This document shows positions 39,401 through 48,637 of a stretch of 64,000 nucleotides of DNA, piece after piece. The position numbers were made by a program, and so were the translations under genes. Source of the stretch: Nitrospirota bacterium (GTDB lineage Bacteria > Nitrospirota > UBA9217); NCBI GenBank assembly GCA_963663225.1, contig OY760142.1, positions 3,104,001 through 3,168,000 on the forward strand, in the 5' to 3' direction. The first letter of the stretch is position 1, and each line of letters begins with the position of its first letter. The notes below the pieces were generated by a model. That model searched no databases. It saw nothing but the letters and a program-made list of their open reading frames with translations, and was not told where the DNA came from.

Positions 39401-42249
39401 AACTCACTCAAATAATCAAGCCGTTCGATGATGGCATAAACCCCGCAATTACGAAATACCGCTATTCTTCGCAAGAACTGTACGCCGATGCCGTATCACA
39501 GTTGCTTGTCGATCCTTCCCTACTCAAGAACACCGCCCCGACATTTCATAAGGCGTTTATGAGTTACCTTGAACGGAAGCCGGATTTTAAAGCCGAATGG
39601 GACCGGCTGCAGGATCTTGCCAAGGACCGCGAGGATATTCTATCTGAACGCCAGCAAAGAACATACGAGGGATATAAAGAACAAGAGGATTTGATTGCAG
39701 AGAACAGCAAGGAGCGCAAAATTCCGCTCATGCACGAAGTATTTAAGGCCCTGGTTGAGAAGAACGCGGATCTTTACGAAAAGGTAAAAGAAGTAAAGCG
39801 GCGCGACGGCGTTATTGAAGATACCAAAAACCCTCGCTACTGGACTGAACAATTACCGTATATAAATGGCCCCGTATTTACGTTTCTGCATGATGTGAAT
39901 GGCAAGGTAATGAACATTTCCAAGAAGCACAATATTACCCTTGATCAAATCGGAGAAATTTTCGAGCGGATGAGGGTTTCGACAGAACGGAAGAACATAC
40001 CGAACCCCGGCGGAATGACCGAGAAAACATCATTGGACGCCCTGGGAAAGTTAAAAGCAGATTTGGGGCCGGAGAGATTTGACGCTTTAAAGAAGGCCTA
40101 TGATGATTTTCAGTCTGCTTGGCAAAAACACGTTGTCGACAAAGTGCGGGAAGCTAATATGTGGAGCAAGGAACTGCAGGAATACGCCGAGAAAAACCTT
40201 AACTATGCCACCTTCCAGCACGTTCGGGAGTTTACCGGGAAACTCGAAGAACAAATAGGATACGAGAACAGCGCCAGGGTTTTTAAGCAGGTAGGCACAT
40301 TCGCGGAAATTCGCAACCCCTTTGTGGCCACCATTATGAAGGGCATGGCATTAGTGCGCGCTGCCGAAATTAACATGGCTAAAAAGGCAACCACGGATTT
40401 TTTGCTTAGAAACTTCGGGTCCGACACCATTCAAAAGGCAAAAGGCCGCTTTAATGGCAAATTCATGGAGTTTAAGAACGTGGACAGCGAAAAGGTCGGG
40501 ACCATCGTTTACATGGAAGAGGGAAAACTTCATGCCTATTACGTTCCGAAAGGAATAGCTGAATCGTTTGAGCGCGAGCCGCATATGGCGCAAATGATCA
40601 TGCGCGTATGGAATTTGATGAACGTGCCAATTCGCAATATCCTCGTTAGCCGCAATCCCCTCTGGATGGCGTTTAACGTGCCAAGAGACTTTATCGAAAC
40701 ATGGAAAAATACTCCGGACCTTACCATGTTCAAATTATTGCAGCGGTACGCCCAGGCCGTGCCTCATGCGTATAAAGAGGCATTTAAGGGAGAGCTTACG
40801 CCGACGGTTCGCAAGATGTACGAGAACAAGGAGCTTGTTATAGAGCGACATTTCCGGACGCTCGAAACCGACGATCCCATGAACGAGCTTAAAGATACTA
40901 TGCGGTCCTTTGGGCTGGCCCCGCAGCGGTACAACAATATCGTCTTAAAACCACTCAAAGCATTGTGGGACTTCCTTGGCAATACGGGGAAGTTTACAGA
41001 ACGGCTTGGCAAGGTTGCCGGATCCATAGAACTGCAGGAGCGGGTGAACCGTGGAACCATGGGACAAATGGAGAAGGCGCACCGCGTTAGACAACTGGTA
41101 GGCACTCCCGATATTCATGCTGGCGGATATTTAAAGCCGTTTTACAATAATATTTTCCTCTTCTCCAACGTGGCGATGAGAGGCTTCTATGCTTCGTATG
41201 AGGCATTTAGGGCCCGGCCGGTCGACTATCTGTGGAAAACAACGAAGTACAATGTAATGCCAAAATTGGTCATGGCTGCAGCTGCGGCCGGATTGCTCGG
41301 TGATGAGTTAAAGAAAATATATGCGGGGGTTTCTGAATACTACAAGACGAATTATCAGGTTATACCTCTTGGTCTTACCGAGAAGGGGAAGAGCGTTATT
41401 ATAACCCTTCCGCAAGACTACGCCGGCACGGGCATAGGGGCATTGGTTTGGAAGGCGTCTCAAGGGAAGTGGGTCGGTAAAAAAGGAATGACCGCGGCTA
41501 TGGTCCAGCAAACGCCGTATAGCTTTAATCCCCTGCTTAAAGTTGGCGCGGACTTGGCAAACTACCTTTCCGCGTCCCAGGTCTACGATGATTACAGGGG
41601 GAAAACGGTAATTTCCGACACCGAGGCGAAGGCTGCGGATTGGCATACCGCAATAAAGCTGGCAAAGTACGAGGCCGGACAGCTTGGGGCGAACGCTGTC
41701 TATCGGTTTGAATATGACGATCCTGCCCGCGTGAAATCGGACTTGGAAAAAATGCTCGACTATCCGCCCGGAAATGTTATTGGCAGATATCTAAAGGTGA
41801 CGGATTACGGGAACAGAGAGCAGCTTGAAGAGGTGACGGATCCTGTACAGCAAAAGGCCGCGCGAAGAACACTAAAAATAAACGACAAGATTAAAGACAG
41901 CATCCGTGAGTCCGGCGGCAAGTATGACGAAAAGAACATAGAGGACTTGTACGAGAAATTAAGAAACGATGGAACTCTTGAGCCGGGAGCCTCCGGATCA
42001 ACATTCAGGCAATTTAAGGCGAAGTACAACCGGTTTGCAGAGGGAAGATTTGACAATTACAAAATAGACGCCTTTGTGAAGGCGACAACAAGCGATGAAA
42101 AAGCCGCGCTGCTGAGTCACTATAAAGACATTATGCCGGCCAAAGAGTATGACGCCCTGTATGATCAGCTTATCGAAGAGGGTTTTTTAAAACGAGGGAC
42201 CGTGAAGTCTCTGAATCGAATGAACGAAAGGGAGGGCAGCAAGAAATGA
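36412..42249 (+). CDS. Large polyvalent ejection protein with GGDEF and zincin (HExxH) domains
   Basis: 1945 aa, last structural gene before lysis; DPLTGLLN...DLDNFKQIND...HAGGD...ARHGGDEF; LAHELGHAVD...ELYAD; LPD38-like C-terminal region. Confidence 0.85.
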   Translation: MSEWDDIIADKRFIDLPDEDKQKVADIYFNDKIVTDRRWSELDQATQDQVRTEFMKSVSPAPIQQSVPATVSSMPSTALITKGPEDIYSSFGSGVNTAAATMAKGMDSIATYISEKTGLPKGGLFEKAAKEYESNAAYWNQKIKENGVDAITQIVGKAAGGAVPGLADFALGPAYYGVKGAAEAGNKGESEAWGAFKGASERYITGRVLEALNMLKMAYRIPGMGGLGAAQATVEGGDVAESAGTMALYGIMGPRGGMGPKDVVREFKSSMATGEGTPAPIPEPPAGPPPTGGAPNETAQGGERRTNQTLRDMISDYETRAVGGDRESLQHLIDSGVWGDPLTGLLNKNGIEKMRPAVDAKPDKFYLDLDNFKQINDKLTHAGGDQIISEVGKKMREIFSEDDIAARHGGDEFSGGGTALAGKLERLRSDLENAIIQIRIPKGSEFPKDSGNILQNDLVLEQPGIRLSFGVGKTNEEAYNANTANKSERLKAGLRTERNKAASDVGTAVEDITKGIQVPGDQVARGSQSATATADRPATAGRIELPTPEKITHNPNAADNKWPSGKFREHAPFSEEDKGWLNDLRSLIAGIEAPGKLNPNGTVSTSTLPPHLRSLGLTKADYDVVNMASKGEPITWNQYVKIQSWVEEHKVAFGFRPGEGWPKPEDFFKDDFVTDEEVPFERGAPGDFKLTPDEQKPQKQKPQQQGLNLGMKGEDMRAPKKEGPGVTMDETELGKATNAAKDREAQERLFDASNYDPAAVHSEMEMPEIVQLVKKLTDRYPQVNKGKISVAIGKAIGFFEPSTRRIVISNHLSEFEGLAERVLAHELGHAVDFSGAPGNETMSRGNILGRIASLRKYMQDLLEEHPGATEGILTDADRARFAKEAERMAKEEQAGRQESGGTVPPEDILAIWRDASARDKNKDLYDYIAKLSAAEKSKIVKDAMKGISNITLRDQIAGGHYERLAQREKEIYQDLLRQEIIKRRLYEKETIMDELKKLTQIIKPFDDGINPAITKYRYSSQELYADAVSQLLVDPSLLKNTAPTFHKAFMSYLERKPDFKAEWDRLQDLAKDREDILSERQQRTYEGYKEQEDLIAENSKERKIPLMHEVFKALVEKNADLYEKVKEVKRRDGVIEDTKNPRYWTEQLPYINGPVFTFLHDVNGKVMNISKKHNITLDQIGEIFERMRVSTERKNIPNPGGMTEKTSLDALGKLKADLGPERFDALKKAYDDFQSAWQKHVVDKVREANMWSKELQEYAEKNLNYATFQHVREFTGKLEEQIGYENSARVFKQVGTFAEIRNPFVATIMKGMALVRAAEINMAKKATTDFLLRNFGSDTIQKAKGRFNGKFMEFKNVDSEKVGTIVYMEEGKLHAYYVPKGIAESFEREPHMAQMIMRVWNLMNVPIRNILVSRNPLWMAFNVPRDFIETWKNTPDLTMFKLLQRYAQAVPHAYKEAFKGELTPTVRKMYENKELVIERHFRTLETDDPMNELKDTMRSFGLAPQRYNNIVLKPLKALWDFLGNTGKFTERLGKVAGSIELQERVNRGTMGQMEKAHRVRQLVGTPDIHAGGYLKPFYNNIFLFSNVAMRGFYASYEAFRARPVDYLWKTTKYNVMPKLVMAAAAAGLLGDELKKIYAGVSEYYKTNYQVIPLGLTEKGKSVIITLPQDYAGTGIGALVWKASQGKWVGKKGMTAAMVQQTPYSFNPLLKVGADLANYLSASQVYDDYRGKTVISDTEAKAADWHTAIKLAKYEAGQLGANAVYRFEYDDPARVKSDLEKMLDYPPGNVIGRYLKVTDYGNREQLEEVTDPVQQKAARRTLKINDKIKDSIRESGGKYDEKNIEDLYEKLRNDGTLEPGASGSTFRQFKAKYNRFAEGRFDNYKIDAFVKATTSDEKAALLSHYKDIMPAKEYDALYDQLIEEGFLKRGTVKSLNRMNEREGSKK

Positions 42250-42581
42250 TCATTTTCGGGCGCAGACTGAAAGACAACTGGTTAATGAAAATTTTGATTA
42301 TTCTTTTCTTTGCCGTTACTCCGGTGGTAGTCCTGGGCGCTGCGAACCCGTCACAAGCGGTCATTGCTTACCCTACTCCTTCGTGGATTGATCATATTGA
42401 TGTGGTCAGGGCCTTGATTGGCGGACTATTCGCGATAATAGGTTTTTTTGTCGTGAGGCTGTTATTAAAATTTGACAGGAATAATAGCGAAATTTTCCGA
42501 CGGCTGAAAGAAGTAGAATCAAAACACGCTTGGCTTGAAGGATATTGCGCGGGGCAGCACGGACGAAAGAAAGAAGGTTGA
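42246..42581 (+). CDS. Holin-like membrane protein
   Basis: Two hydrophobic segments and a charged tail; first gene of the lysis cassette. Confidence 0.55.
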   Translation: MIIFGRRLKDNWLMKILIILFFAVTPVVVLGAANPSQAVIAYPTPSWIDHIDVVRALIGGLFAIIGFFVVRLLLKFDRNNSEIFRRLKEVESKHAWLEGYCAGQHGRKKEG

Positions 42582-42583
42582 TA

Positions 42584-43069
42584 ATGCCGAAAAAAATAGA
42601 CAACATCATCATTCATTGCAGCGACAGCGTTTGGGGCTGCGCTCGGGAAATAAAACTCTGGCATACCCTTCCCCCGCCAGATGGCCGAGGCTGGTCTGAT
42701 ATCGGGTATCATTTCGTCATTCTGAACGGTCGAATTACTCCAAAACAAGAACTTTCTGCACTTGACGGCTGCGTTGAGTGTGGCAGGTATCTTGACGAGG
42801 ACGATATTATAGCGCCGTTCGAGATTGGTATTCATTGCCTGGGATACAATGACCACTCTATCGGAATATGCCTTGTCGGGAAAAGTCAATTCACGCAAAA
42901 CCAGATGGAATCGCTCAAGGACCTGTGCCTAGAGCTTTGCCAGCTGCATGAGATACCGGCTAACAATATCTTGGGGCATTGCGAAACCGTGAGCGGCCAG
43001 AAGGAAGGAAAGAGTTGCCCTAATTTCGACGTTGCGGAAATCAGGGAATATTTGAGAGGTGCGTTATGA
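42584..43069 (+). CDS. Endolysin, N-acetylmuramoyl-L-alanine amidase (T7 lysozyme-like)
   Basis: IIIHCS, GWSDIGYHFVI, SIGICLVG, GHCE, KSCP. Confidence 0.92.
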   Translation: MPKKIDNIIIHCSDSVWGCAREIKLWHTLPPPDGRGWSDIGYHFVILNGRITPKQELSALDGCVECGRYLDEDDIIAPFEIGIHCLGYNDHSIGICLVGKSQFTQNQMESLKDLCLELCQLHEIPANNILGHCETVSGQKEGKSCPNFDVAEIREYLRGAL

Positions 43070-43311
43070 ATTTTCTTAAATCAATCGCCCGATTCGTTGC
43101 AAAAGGCAAAACTGTAATGTTCGCTTACACGATGAGCATGATAGCCCTGTCCTGGTACGCGACGGTTGCTAAGACGCCGATTGACGGCAGCGTGGCGACG
43201 ATGTATAGCGCCGCCCTTGTTGCATACGCCGGTTCAAAAGGCCACGAACTTTACGAGGCGAACAAAAACAAAATAACTCTCAAGGAGGGAGAGATAAATG
43301 CGAGTGCTTAA
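43066..43311 (+). CDS. Holin/antiholin-like small membrane protein
   Basis: Two TM-like helices; overlaps the endolysin stop. Confidence 0.6.
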   Translation: MNFLKSIARFVAKGKTVMFAYTMSMIALSWYATVAKTPIDGSVATMYSAALVAYAGSKGHELYEANKNKITLKEGEINASA

Positions 43312-43729
43312 ATTTTCGATTGCCATTATTTTCGCAATGCTGCTGGCATCGTGCTCGACAACGAAGTACCTGCCGGCAATGATATCTGAAACCGGCAAGA
43401 TTGTGCAGGAAATAAAACCGCCGGCAACAGAGAGTAGAATAAACGTGCCGCCCGGTGTGGACCCCGGAGATATTCTTGTTCACGGAAAGACACAAGATGG
43501 CGCGGAGTTTTGGGTTGAGAAAAGAACTTTTCATAAGGAACGTATTTTTACAACCGGCAGCACAACAGCATCACCACTTATTGAATTCACCAAAATGAAA
43601 CGAGATTGGTCCTGGGCGTGGTGGACTGGCGGAATTCTCGTTTTTCTCGTTTTAGCCAACTATTTGCTCAAATCGTTTTGCGGAATCAATCCTTTCGGCT
43701 GGATAATCGGCAAATTCCTGAAAAAATAA
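43298..43729 (+). CDS. Probable unimolecular spanin
   Basis: Lipobox LLAS-C at the N-terminus plus a C-terminal TM helix; last gene of the lysis cassette. Confidence 0.7.
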   Translation: MRVLKFSIAIIFAMLLASCSTTKYLPAMISETGKIVQEIKPPATESRINVPPGVDPGDILVHGKTQDGAEFWVEKRTFHKERIFTTGSTTASPLIEFTKMKRDWSWAWWTGGILVFLVLANYLLKSFCGINPFGWIIGKFLKK

Positions 43730-43769
43730 CTCGTTCATAGCTAAAATCTAGGATAAAAGTATTAAAAAT

Positions 43770-43813
43770 GCCAGAATTTAGGCCTAAACAGCCTTAATTC
43801 TGGTTTGCTTTTT
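43770..43813 (+). terminator. Terminator of the late operon
   Basis: GCCAGAATTTAGGC...GCCTTAATTCTGGT followed by a T-rich tract. Confidence 0.6.
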
Positions 43814-43881
43814 ATTCCAGAAAGTAATACTTTTATTCATCTATTTTGTAATACTTTTGTTGCAATGATAGGAGGTCTTAC

Positions 43882-44106
43882 ATGGGCTCAATGCCGGCAG
43901 CATATAAAAGCAGACATTACGAAGCCGAGAGAAACAAACTGATCCCCGTGGCTATTGCCCATGCAAACAGAATGGCAGGATTGAGGCCAAGAAAAAAAAT
44001 GCACAAAGGGCAGAACGACGACCCCGAGCTTACCGCGTGGGTTGCAAACTGGAATTACGCCTATCACCAGAAGATGAACGATCTGGCGAAGGCGATCAAA
44101 TTATAG
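43882..44106 (+). CDS. Phage hypothetical protein
   Basis: SD AGGAGGT. Confidence 0.7.
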   Translation: MGSMPAAYKSRHYEAERNKLIPVAIAHANRMAGLRPRKKMHKGQNDDPELTAWVANWNYAYHQKMNDLAKAIKL

Positions 44107-44116
44107 GAGGCATTGT

Positions 44117-45076
44117 ATGACAGAGAATGGATTGGTTAAGATTTCCGGAACGGATACGGTTATTCCCAAGGATCAATACGAACTGGTTGTTAGAACAGTC
44201 GCAAAAGGGCTCGACGAAAACGAGCTTGGCTTGTTTTTCTACGAGTGTAAGCGGCGAGGAGTACACCCGCTCGACAGGATGATTTACGCGATCAAGCGCA
44301 AGGACAACTCAGAAGAGGGGGCGGCCGCTCGCGTTACCTTTCAATGTTCCATAGATTACTACCGTGCGGCGGCAGAGGATACCGGCAAATATCTCGCACA
44401 GGAGCCGGTGGTATTTGGCGAACAAATGTCGCTGTCAAAAGCGTGTAAGAGCGGCGCGGGGCATGACGATGTTGTAGTTCCTGAATTTGCAACGGCTACA
44501 GTTGTGCGAAAAAACGAAGAAGATGGCGAAACAATGAAAATAAGCGCTACAGCCTATTTCCGTGAGTATTATCCTGGCGAGAGGATGGGCCATATGTGGC
44601 GCAAAATGCCGTTTGGCCAGCTGGCAAAGTGCGCCGAGGCCCTTGCACTCCGTAAAGCGTTCCCGCGCAAGCTTGGTGGGTTATATGTCAATGAAGAAGT
44701 TGAAAGGCCGACTGATGATATCCCATTTGCAAAAGATACGGTTAAGCCGAAAGAAAAGCCTTTGCCGGCCCCTTCATCCCCTGCCCCGCAGCAGCCTAGA
44801 GAGCCGGGGCAAGACGAAGGAGAAGGAGAAGCGCCACAAAGAACATTCTGGCAGATACCAAATCAGATGGACAGCAAGATAAAGATGGACCTCTACAACG
44901 AGCTTATGAATAGGGCTGGCGGCGATACGGAAATAGCCGAGGGATTGCTTAAAGAAGCCTCTGGATTCAAGGGAAACAATGGGCTGGTCTGTATGTCGTT
45001 TAATGCTCTGGAAAAATGGACAGACTCATGGTGTTCAAGAGCACTTGCAAAACTTCGCGAAACGGGAGGCAGATAA
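44117..45076 (+). CDS. bet: Bet/RecT-family ssDNA annealing protein
   Basis: ELGLFFYECK...IYAIKR...SIDYYR...MWRKMPFGQLAKCAEALALRKAFP...GLYVNEE. Confidence 0.9.
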   Translation: MTENGLVKISGTDTVIPKDQYELVVRTVAKGLDENELGLFFYECKRRGVHPLDRMIYAIKRKDNSEEGAAARVTFQCSIDYYRAAAEDTGKYLAQEPVVFGEQMSLSKACKSGAGHDDVVVPEFATATVVRKNEEDGETMKISATAYFREYYPGERMGHMWRKMPFGQLAKCAEALALRKAFPRKLGGLYVNEEVERPTDDIPFAKDTVKPKEKPLPAPSSPAPQQPREPGQDEGEGEAPQRTFWQIPNQMDSKIKMDLYNELMNRAGGDTEIAEGLLKEASGFKGNNGLVCMSFNALEKWTDSWCSRALAKLRETGGR

Positions 45077-45604
45077 ATGGACTGGATAGCAAATATTTTC
45101 GTGACGGTAATACAGGCGTGGATATCATGGCAGAGTGGTCTTTCGGTCGTGGCTAATTTATGGCTTATCGCAAAGGCATCTTTGTTTTGGACGGGGATAT
45201 TTTTGCTTGCCTCGTTTTTGCTTTGGGGGTTCTTCATTGGCGGCATGAACATACAGCGCGTCTACGAGAAGAGAAAAAAAGAATATTCGGCAGGTACGCG
45301 GAAGAATATATTCACCCCAATACAATGGATATTTGCTGCTCCGTTCATTGCTTTCGCCGTGATTATTGACGTCCTGTATCGGTACACGTTTGGAATAATT
45401 TGCTTCTTCCCATATTTCAGGGGGTTCTTTTCTGATGTTACATTCAGTAAAGAGTTGGAAGCAATTATGGGGACAAGAATATATATCGGTACTCGCAACT
45501 ACAAGGTAGCTCGGTGGATTGCGGCAAACCTGATTAATCCTTTCAGTTATGACGGTGAGCATATCAGGATGCCCTTTGAGCCGAAGGAAAATTGGATTGC
45601 ATAA
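45077..45604 (+). CDS. Phage membrane protein
   Basis: Several hydrophobic helices; SD GGGAGG. Confidence 0.65.
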   Translation: MDWIANIFVTVIQAWISWQSGLSVVANLWLIAKASLFWTGIFLLASFLLWGFFIGGMNIQRVYEKRKKEYSAGTRKNIFTPIQWIFAAPFIAFAVIIDVLYRYTFGIICFFPYFRGFFSDVTFSKELEAIMGTRIYIGTRNYKVARWIAANLINPFSYDGEHIRMPFEPKENWIA

Positions 45605-45727
45605 ACAGCGGGGGAAATCGGGCTGACGGTCGGCAGGGCAACCCGACGCCGCTCTTTAAGACTCCTAAAGGTAATTTGGCCTCTAACAATCCGAAAGTAC
45701 CCCGCATCTAAAAGGAGGAGGAGAACT

Positions 45728-45955
45728 ATGGCAACATTGGCGGAAAAGTTAAAAAGGGCAAGGAAAAGAAACAATCTGTCTATGGGTGAGGTAGCGAGAA
45801 AATCTTGGCAACCAGAATTCAAGCACGATAAACGTGCATGGATCACGCAGGGCTATATTTCACGCCTCGAAGCCGGCACAGAAACAAACCCTTCATATCT
45901 CAAGCTGAAAACGCTCTGTGCGATTTATAACATCAAACCGGGCAGTCTGTTCTAG
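45728..45955 (+). CDS. Xre-family HTH regulator
   Basis: LKRARKRNNLSMGEVA...ITQGYISRLEAG..TNPS...LKTL. Confidence 0.85.
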   Translation: MATLAEKLKRARKRNNLSMGEVARKSWQPEFKHDKRAWITQGYISRLEAGTETNPSYLKLKTLCAIYNIKPGSLF

Positions 45956-45970
45956 TGGAGGGGGTCAACT

Positions 45971-46690
45971 ATGGGTTATAAGACTATTGCACTCAAGCGT
46001 GGCTTCACCGAGGTATCTGTATTATACAACTTAGCCGTAGAAAATAATGCGGTAATTTGCGGCGGATACGCACGATATTGTGCGTCACCATTACCGACGG
46101 CCAGGGTTGTTCCGGCTGGCGATTGTGATTTGTTTCCTAAAACACCGGAAGCTACAGATAGATTAAAAGAGCTGCTTATTAACATGGGCTTTGAAATCAG
46201 ACATGAAAACCACGTTAGCATAACTTTCAAGCCGACTGAGGCAAAGAAAGCAGAACTGTCGTATATGCCTATTCCGCAGGTAATTAAGCCAGTTATTGAA
46301 GGGAAAATAGTGGCCGTTGGGACCGTCGAGGAAATACTAGACAATTTTGATTTTACTATCGTTCGGGCAGCTATTATTTCTCCTACTGAGGTAATGGTTG
46401 ATGATGATTTTGAAAAAAACGAAGAGAATAAGTACCTGCGACTGAAAAACATACATTGTCCAATCAGTTCCCTTCTTCGATGTTGCAAATATGCAAGAAA
46501 AGGATATTTCATGCGGCCAATTGAGGCACTTAAACTGTTTATAGATTGGACAAATCGAGGAGGAGAATACCAAGATCGCATCATAGAGTTATTCAAAGAA
46601 TCGGCAAAGGGAAAGCAGAACGAGGAAAACCCGGACGGCATGACACAGGAAGAAATTGACGAGCTTGAAACTCTACTAAGGGTTGACTAA
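45971..46690 (+). CDS. Phage nucleotidyltransferase (class II CCA/poly(A) polymerase head-like)
   Basis: VICGGYAR...GDCDLF (DxD) and DNFDFTIVRAA (RDFT-like). Confidence 0.7.
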   Translation: MGYKTIALKRGFTEVSVLYNLAVENNAVICGGYARYCASPLPTARVVPAGDCDLFPKTPEATDRLKELLINMGFEIRHENHVSITFKPTEAKKAELSYMPIPQVIKPVIEGKIVAVGTVEEILDNFDFTIVRAAIISPTEVMVDDDFEKNEENKYLRLKNIHCPISSLLRCCKYARKGYFMRPIEALKLFIDWTNRGGEYQDRIIELFKESAKGKQNEENPDGMTQEEIDELETLLRVD

Positions 46691-46710
46691 ACGGGGGAAG
46701 GAAAATAAAA

Positions 46711-47340
46711 ATGCTCGAATTTAATCCTGATACGCATGAATACAAGTATGACGGCAAGGTAGTGCTGTCGGTTACTCAAGTCCTTGGCGAGTGGATATTG
46801 GTAAACGGATATTACGTCAATACCTATAATCCGAAAATCGTCATTGCCGAGTCTGTCATGCGTCAAGCTGCAGACCACGGCACGGCGGTCCATCAAGGTG
46901 TCAATATCATTCTGACCGACAATCTGGACTGGAAGGCGCTGGATCACTCCCTGCTCAATCCCCTGCGGCAATTCGAGGCATGGAAGGCCGAATATAATCC
47001 GGAACTGGTGAGCACGGGCTATAAGATGTACTCGCGGCGGCTCAAGTATTCTGGTACGCCTGACCCGTTCTATGTTATCAAGATTGGTCGGCGCCATGTG
47101 CTGTGTTTCGTTGAGATAAAGACTGGTGCACATATGCTTGCAGGGCCGCAGCTTGCTGCGTATGTTCAATTGTATCGGGAATTTTCGCGTTTTAAGGGAG
47201 AGGTGCAGCGTTGGGTGCTTGAGCTTCCAAGGGAGGGCAAATATTCATTCTTGAAATGCCAGAATCGTTACGACGGGCAGTTTTTTGAGTCGTGCTTGTT
47301 CCGAAACAGTTTTATCGGGCAGGTGCAGAATGGCCTTTAA
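46711..47340 (+). CDS. PD-(D/E)XK exonuclease-like protein
   Basis: SVTQVL, HGTAVH, YSGTPD, VEIKTG, QLAAY. Confidence 0.8.
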   Translation: MLEFNPDTHEYKYDGKVVLSVTQVLGEWILVNGYYVNTYNPKIVIAESVMRQAADHGTAVHQGVNIILTDNLDWKALDHSLLNPLRQFEAWKAEYNPELVSTGYKMYSRRLKYSGTPDPFYVIKIGRRHVLCFVEIKTGAHMLAGPQLAAYVQLYREFSRFKGEVQRWVLELPREGKYSFLKCQNRYDGQFFESCLFRNSFIGQVQNGL

Positions 47341-47527
47341 GTACAAAATTATCGGATCCCTGTTTACCGGGAAACAGGCAAAAGGATCCGGTGACGAGTA
47401 TTGGACCGGCAGGATAAACGTGGACGGCAAAGAGATAAGGATAACGGTCTACCGGAACAAAAACAAGTGGGACGCAAAGAAACCGGATTTAATAATCTAT
47501 GGCGAAGGAGGAGGAAGGAATGACTGA
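47330..47527 (+). CDS. Small OB/DUF736-like protein
   Basis: IGSLF...YWTGRINVDGK...NKNK...KPD. Confidence 0.55.
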   Translation: MAFKYKIIGSLFTGKQAKGSGDEYWTGRINVDGKEIRITVYRNKNKWDAKKPDLIIYGEGGGRND

Positions 47528-48443
47528 ACTGAATACGGCTTTAGAGGTTTTCGAGCAGTCTGCAATAAAGTTGCCGAATACCGCTGTCGAGGTCCATGCG
47601 TTTGTGCGGGACGCTCTGATTGCAAAGACCAAGGAAATTGCCTCGGAGATAGACGATCTTAACCGGAAGAGCCTGACTATTTCCGTGAAGGATGAAACGT
47701 CGGCGGCAATGGCGCGTGAAATCATCCTGCACAAAAAAGAGCTTGCGGATAAGGTCGACGCGGCTCTTGGATTGATCAAGAAGAAGGCTCACAGTCTGCA
47801 TAAAGGCGTAAAGGCCGCGGAAGAGCTTTTGCTTAGCCCTCTTGACAGCATTGAAGAGCGCGAAAAAAGCAAGATTGGCGATTGGGTAAAGGCTGAACAG
47901 GCTCGACAGCGGAAAGAATATCTCGAAGAGCAAGAGCGGCAGCAGAAGGAGAAAGACCGGAAAATTAAAGCCGCGCAAAAGAAAGCCGACGATCTACTGG
48001 CCGGCATAACGGATCTGAACAAACAGGCCGAAACCCTGGAAGCGGCCCTGAATAATCCCGAAATCACTCAAGAGGAATCGGATGCCCTGTCCTCAAAAAT
48101 ATCCGCACTCCGGGCGCAGCTGACCAGCAAGCAGGTCCAGCTTGACAGCAAGACAACAGAAATTCACGATCTGAGCAAGACCGTTCCCCCGCCCGTACAA
48201 ATACAAACAAAGCTGGCCGGCACAGGCATTAAGCCGATCTGGAAAGTAACTGTTCAAAACCCCATGACGCTGCTTAACGCTGTTGTGAGCGGCTTGGTGG
48301 CTATCAGCGTGGTTGAGTTCTCCGCTTCGCAATTAAAGAAGCTGGCGAATGGCGGAGGCGTCCCGTCCCTGTCAACTCCGGAGCGCCCGGTTATCCCCGG
48401 TTGCGTTCTCGAAGAGGACATACAAATTTCTACGCGGAGGTAA
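47520..48443 (+). CDS. Coiled-coil phage protein
   Basis: Long E/K/Q coiled coil and IPGCV C-terminal motif typical of recombination-region proteins. Confidence 0.7.
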   Translation: MTELNTALEVFEQSAIKLPNTAVEVHAFVRDALIAKTKEIASEIDDLNRKSLTISVKDETSAAMAREIILHKKELADKVDAALGLIKKKAHSLHKGVKAAEELLLSPLDSIEEREKSKIGDWVKAEQARQRKEYLEEQERQQKEKDRKIKAAQKKADDLLAGITDLNKQAETLEAALNNPEITQEESDALSSKISALRAQLTSKQVQLDSKTTEIHDLSKTVPPPVQIQTKLAGTGIKPIWKVTVQNPMTLLNAVVSGLVAISVVEFSASQLKKLANGGGVPSLSTPERPVIPGCVLEEDIQISTRR

Positions 48444-48448
48444 TACCC

Positions 48449-48637
48449 ATGGCTCCTAAACAATCAAATAATAAATGTATAGGCACTTGCTCCGAGTGCA
48501 GGTTTATCGGAAAAAAGCGGGTTCTGGTGGAAACCGACAATTTAAAGATGTTCCCATGTAATCACGAAACGAAGATTGACTATTTCGTGATGGATACGAA
48601 AAATTACGGCTGCTGGCAATGGGAGGTTAAAAAATGA
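48449..48637 (+). CDS. Small Cys-rich phage protein
   Basis: SD GGAGGT; CSEC...GCWQWE. Confidence 0.6.
   Translation: MAPKQSNNKCIGTCSECRFIGKKRVLVETDNLKMFPCNHETKIDYFVMDTKNYGCWQWEVKK

Noticed and set aside
45625-45650. c-di-GMP-I riboswitch (AGGGCAACCC resembles GGGCAAACC)
   Set aside because: Lacks the GNRA-capped P2, the GACGCAAAG junction and the tetraloop receptor.
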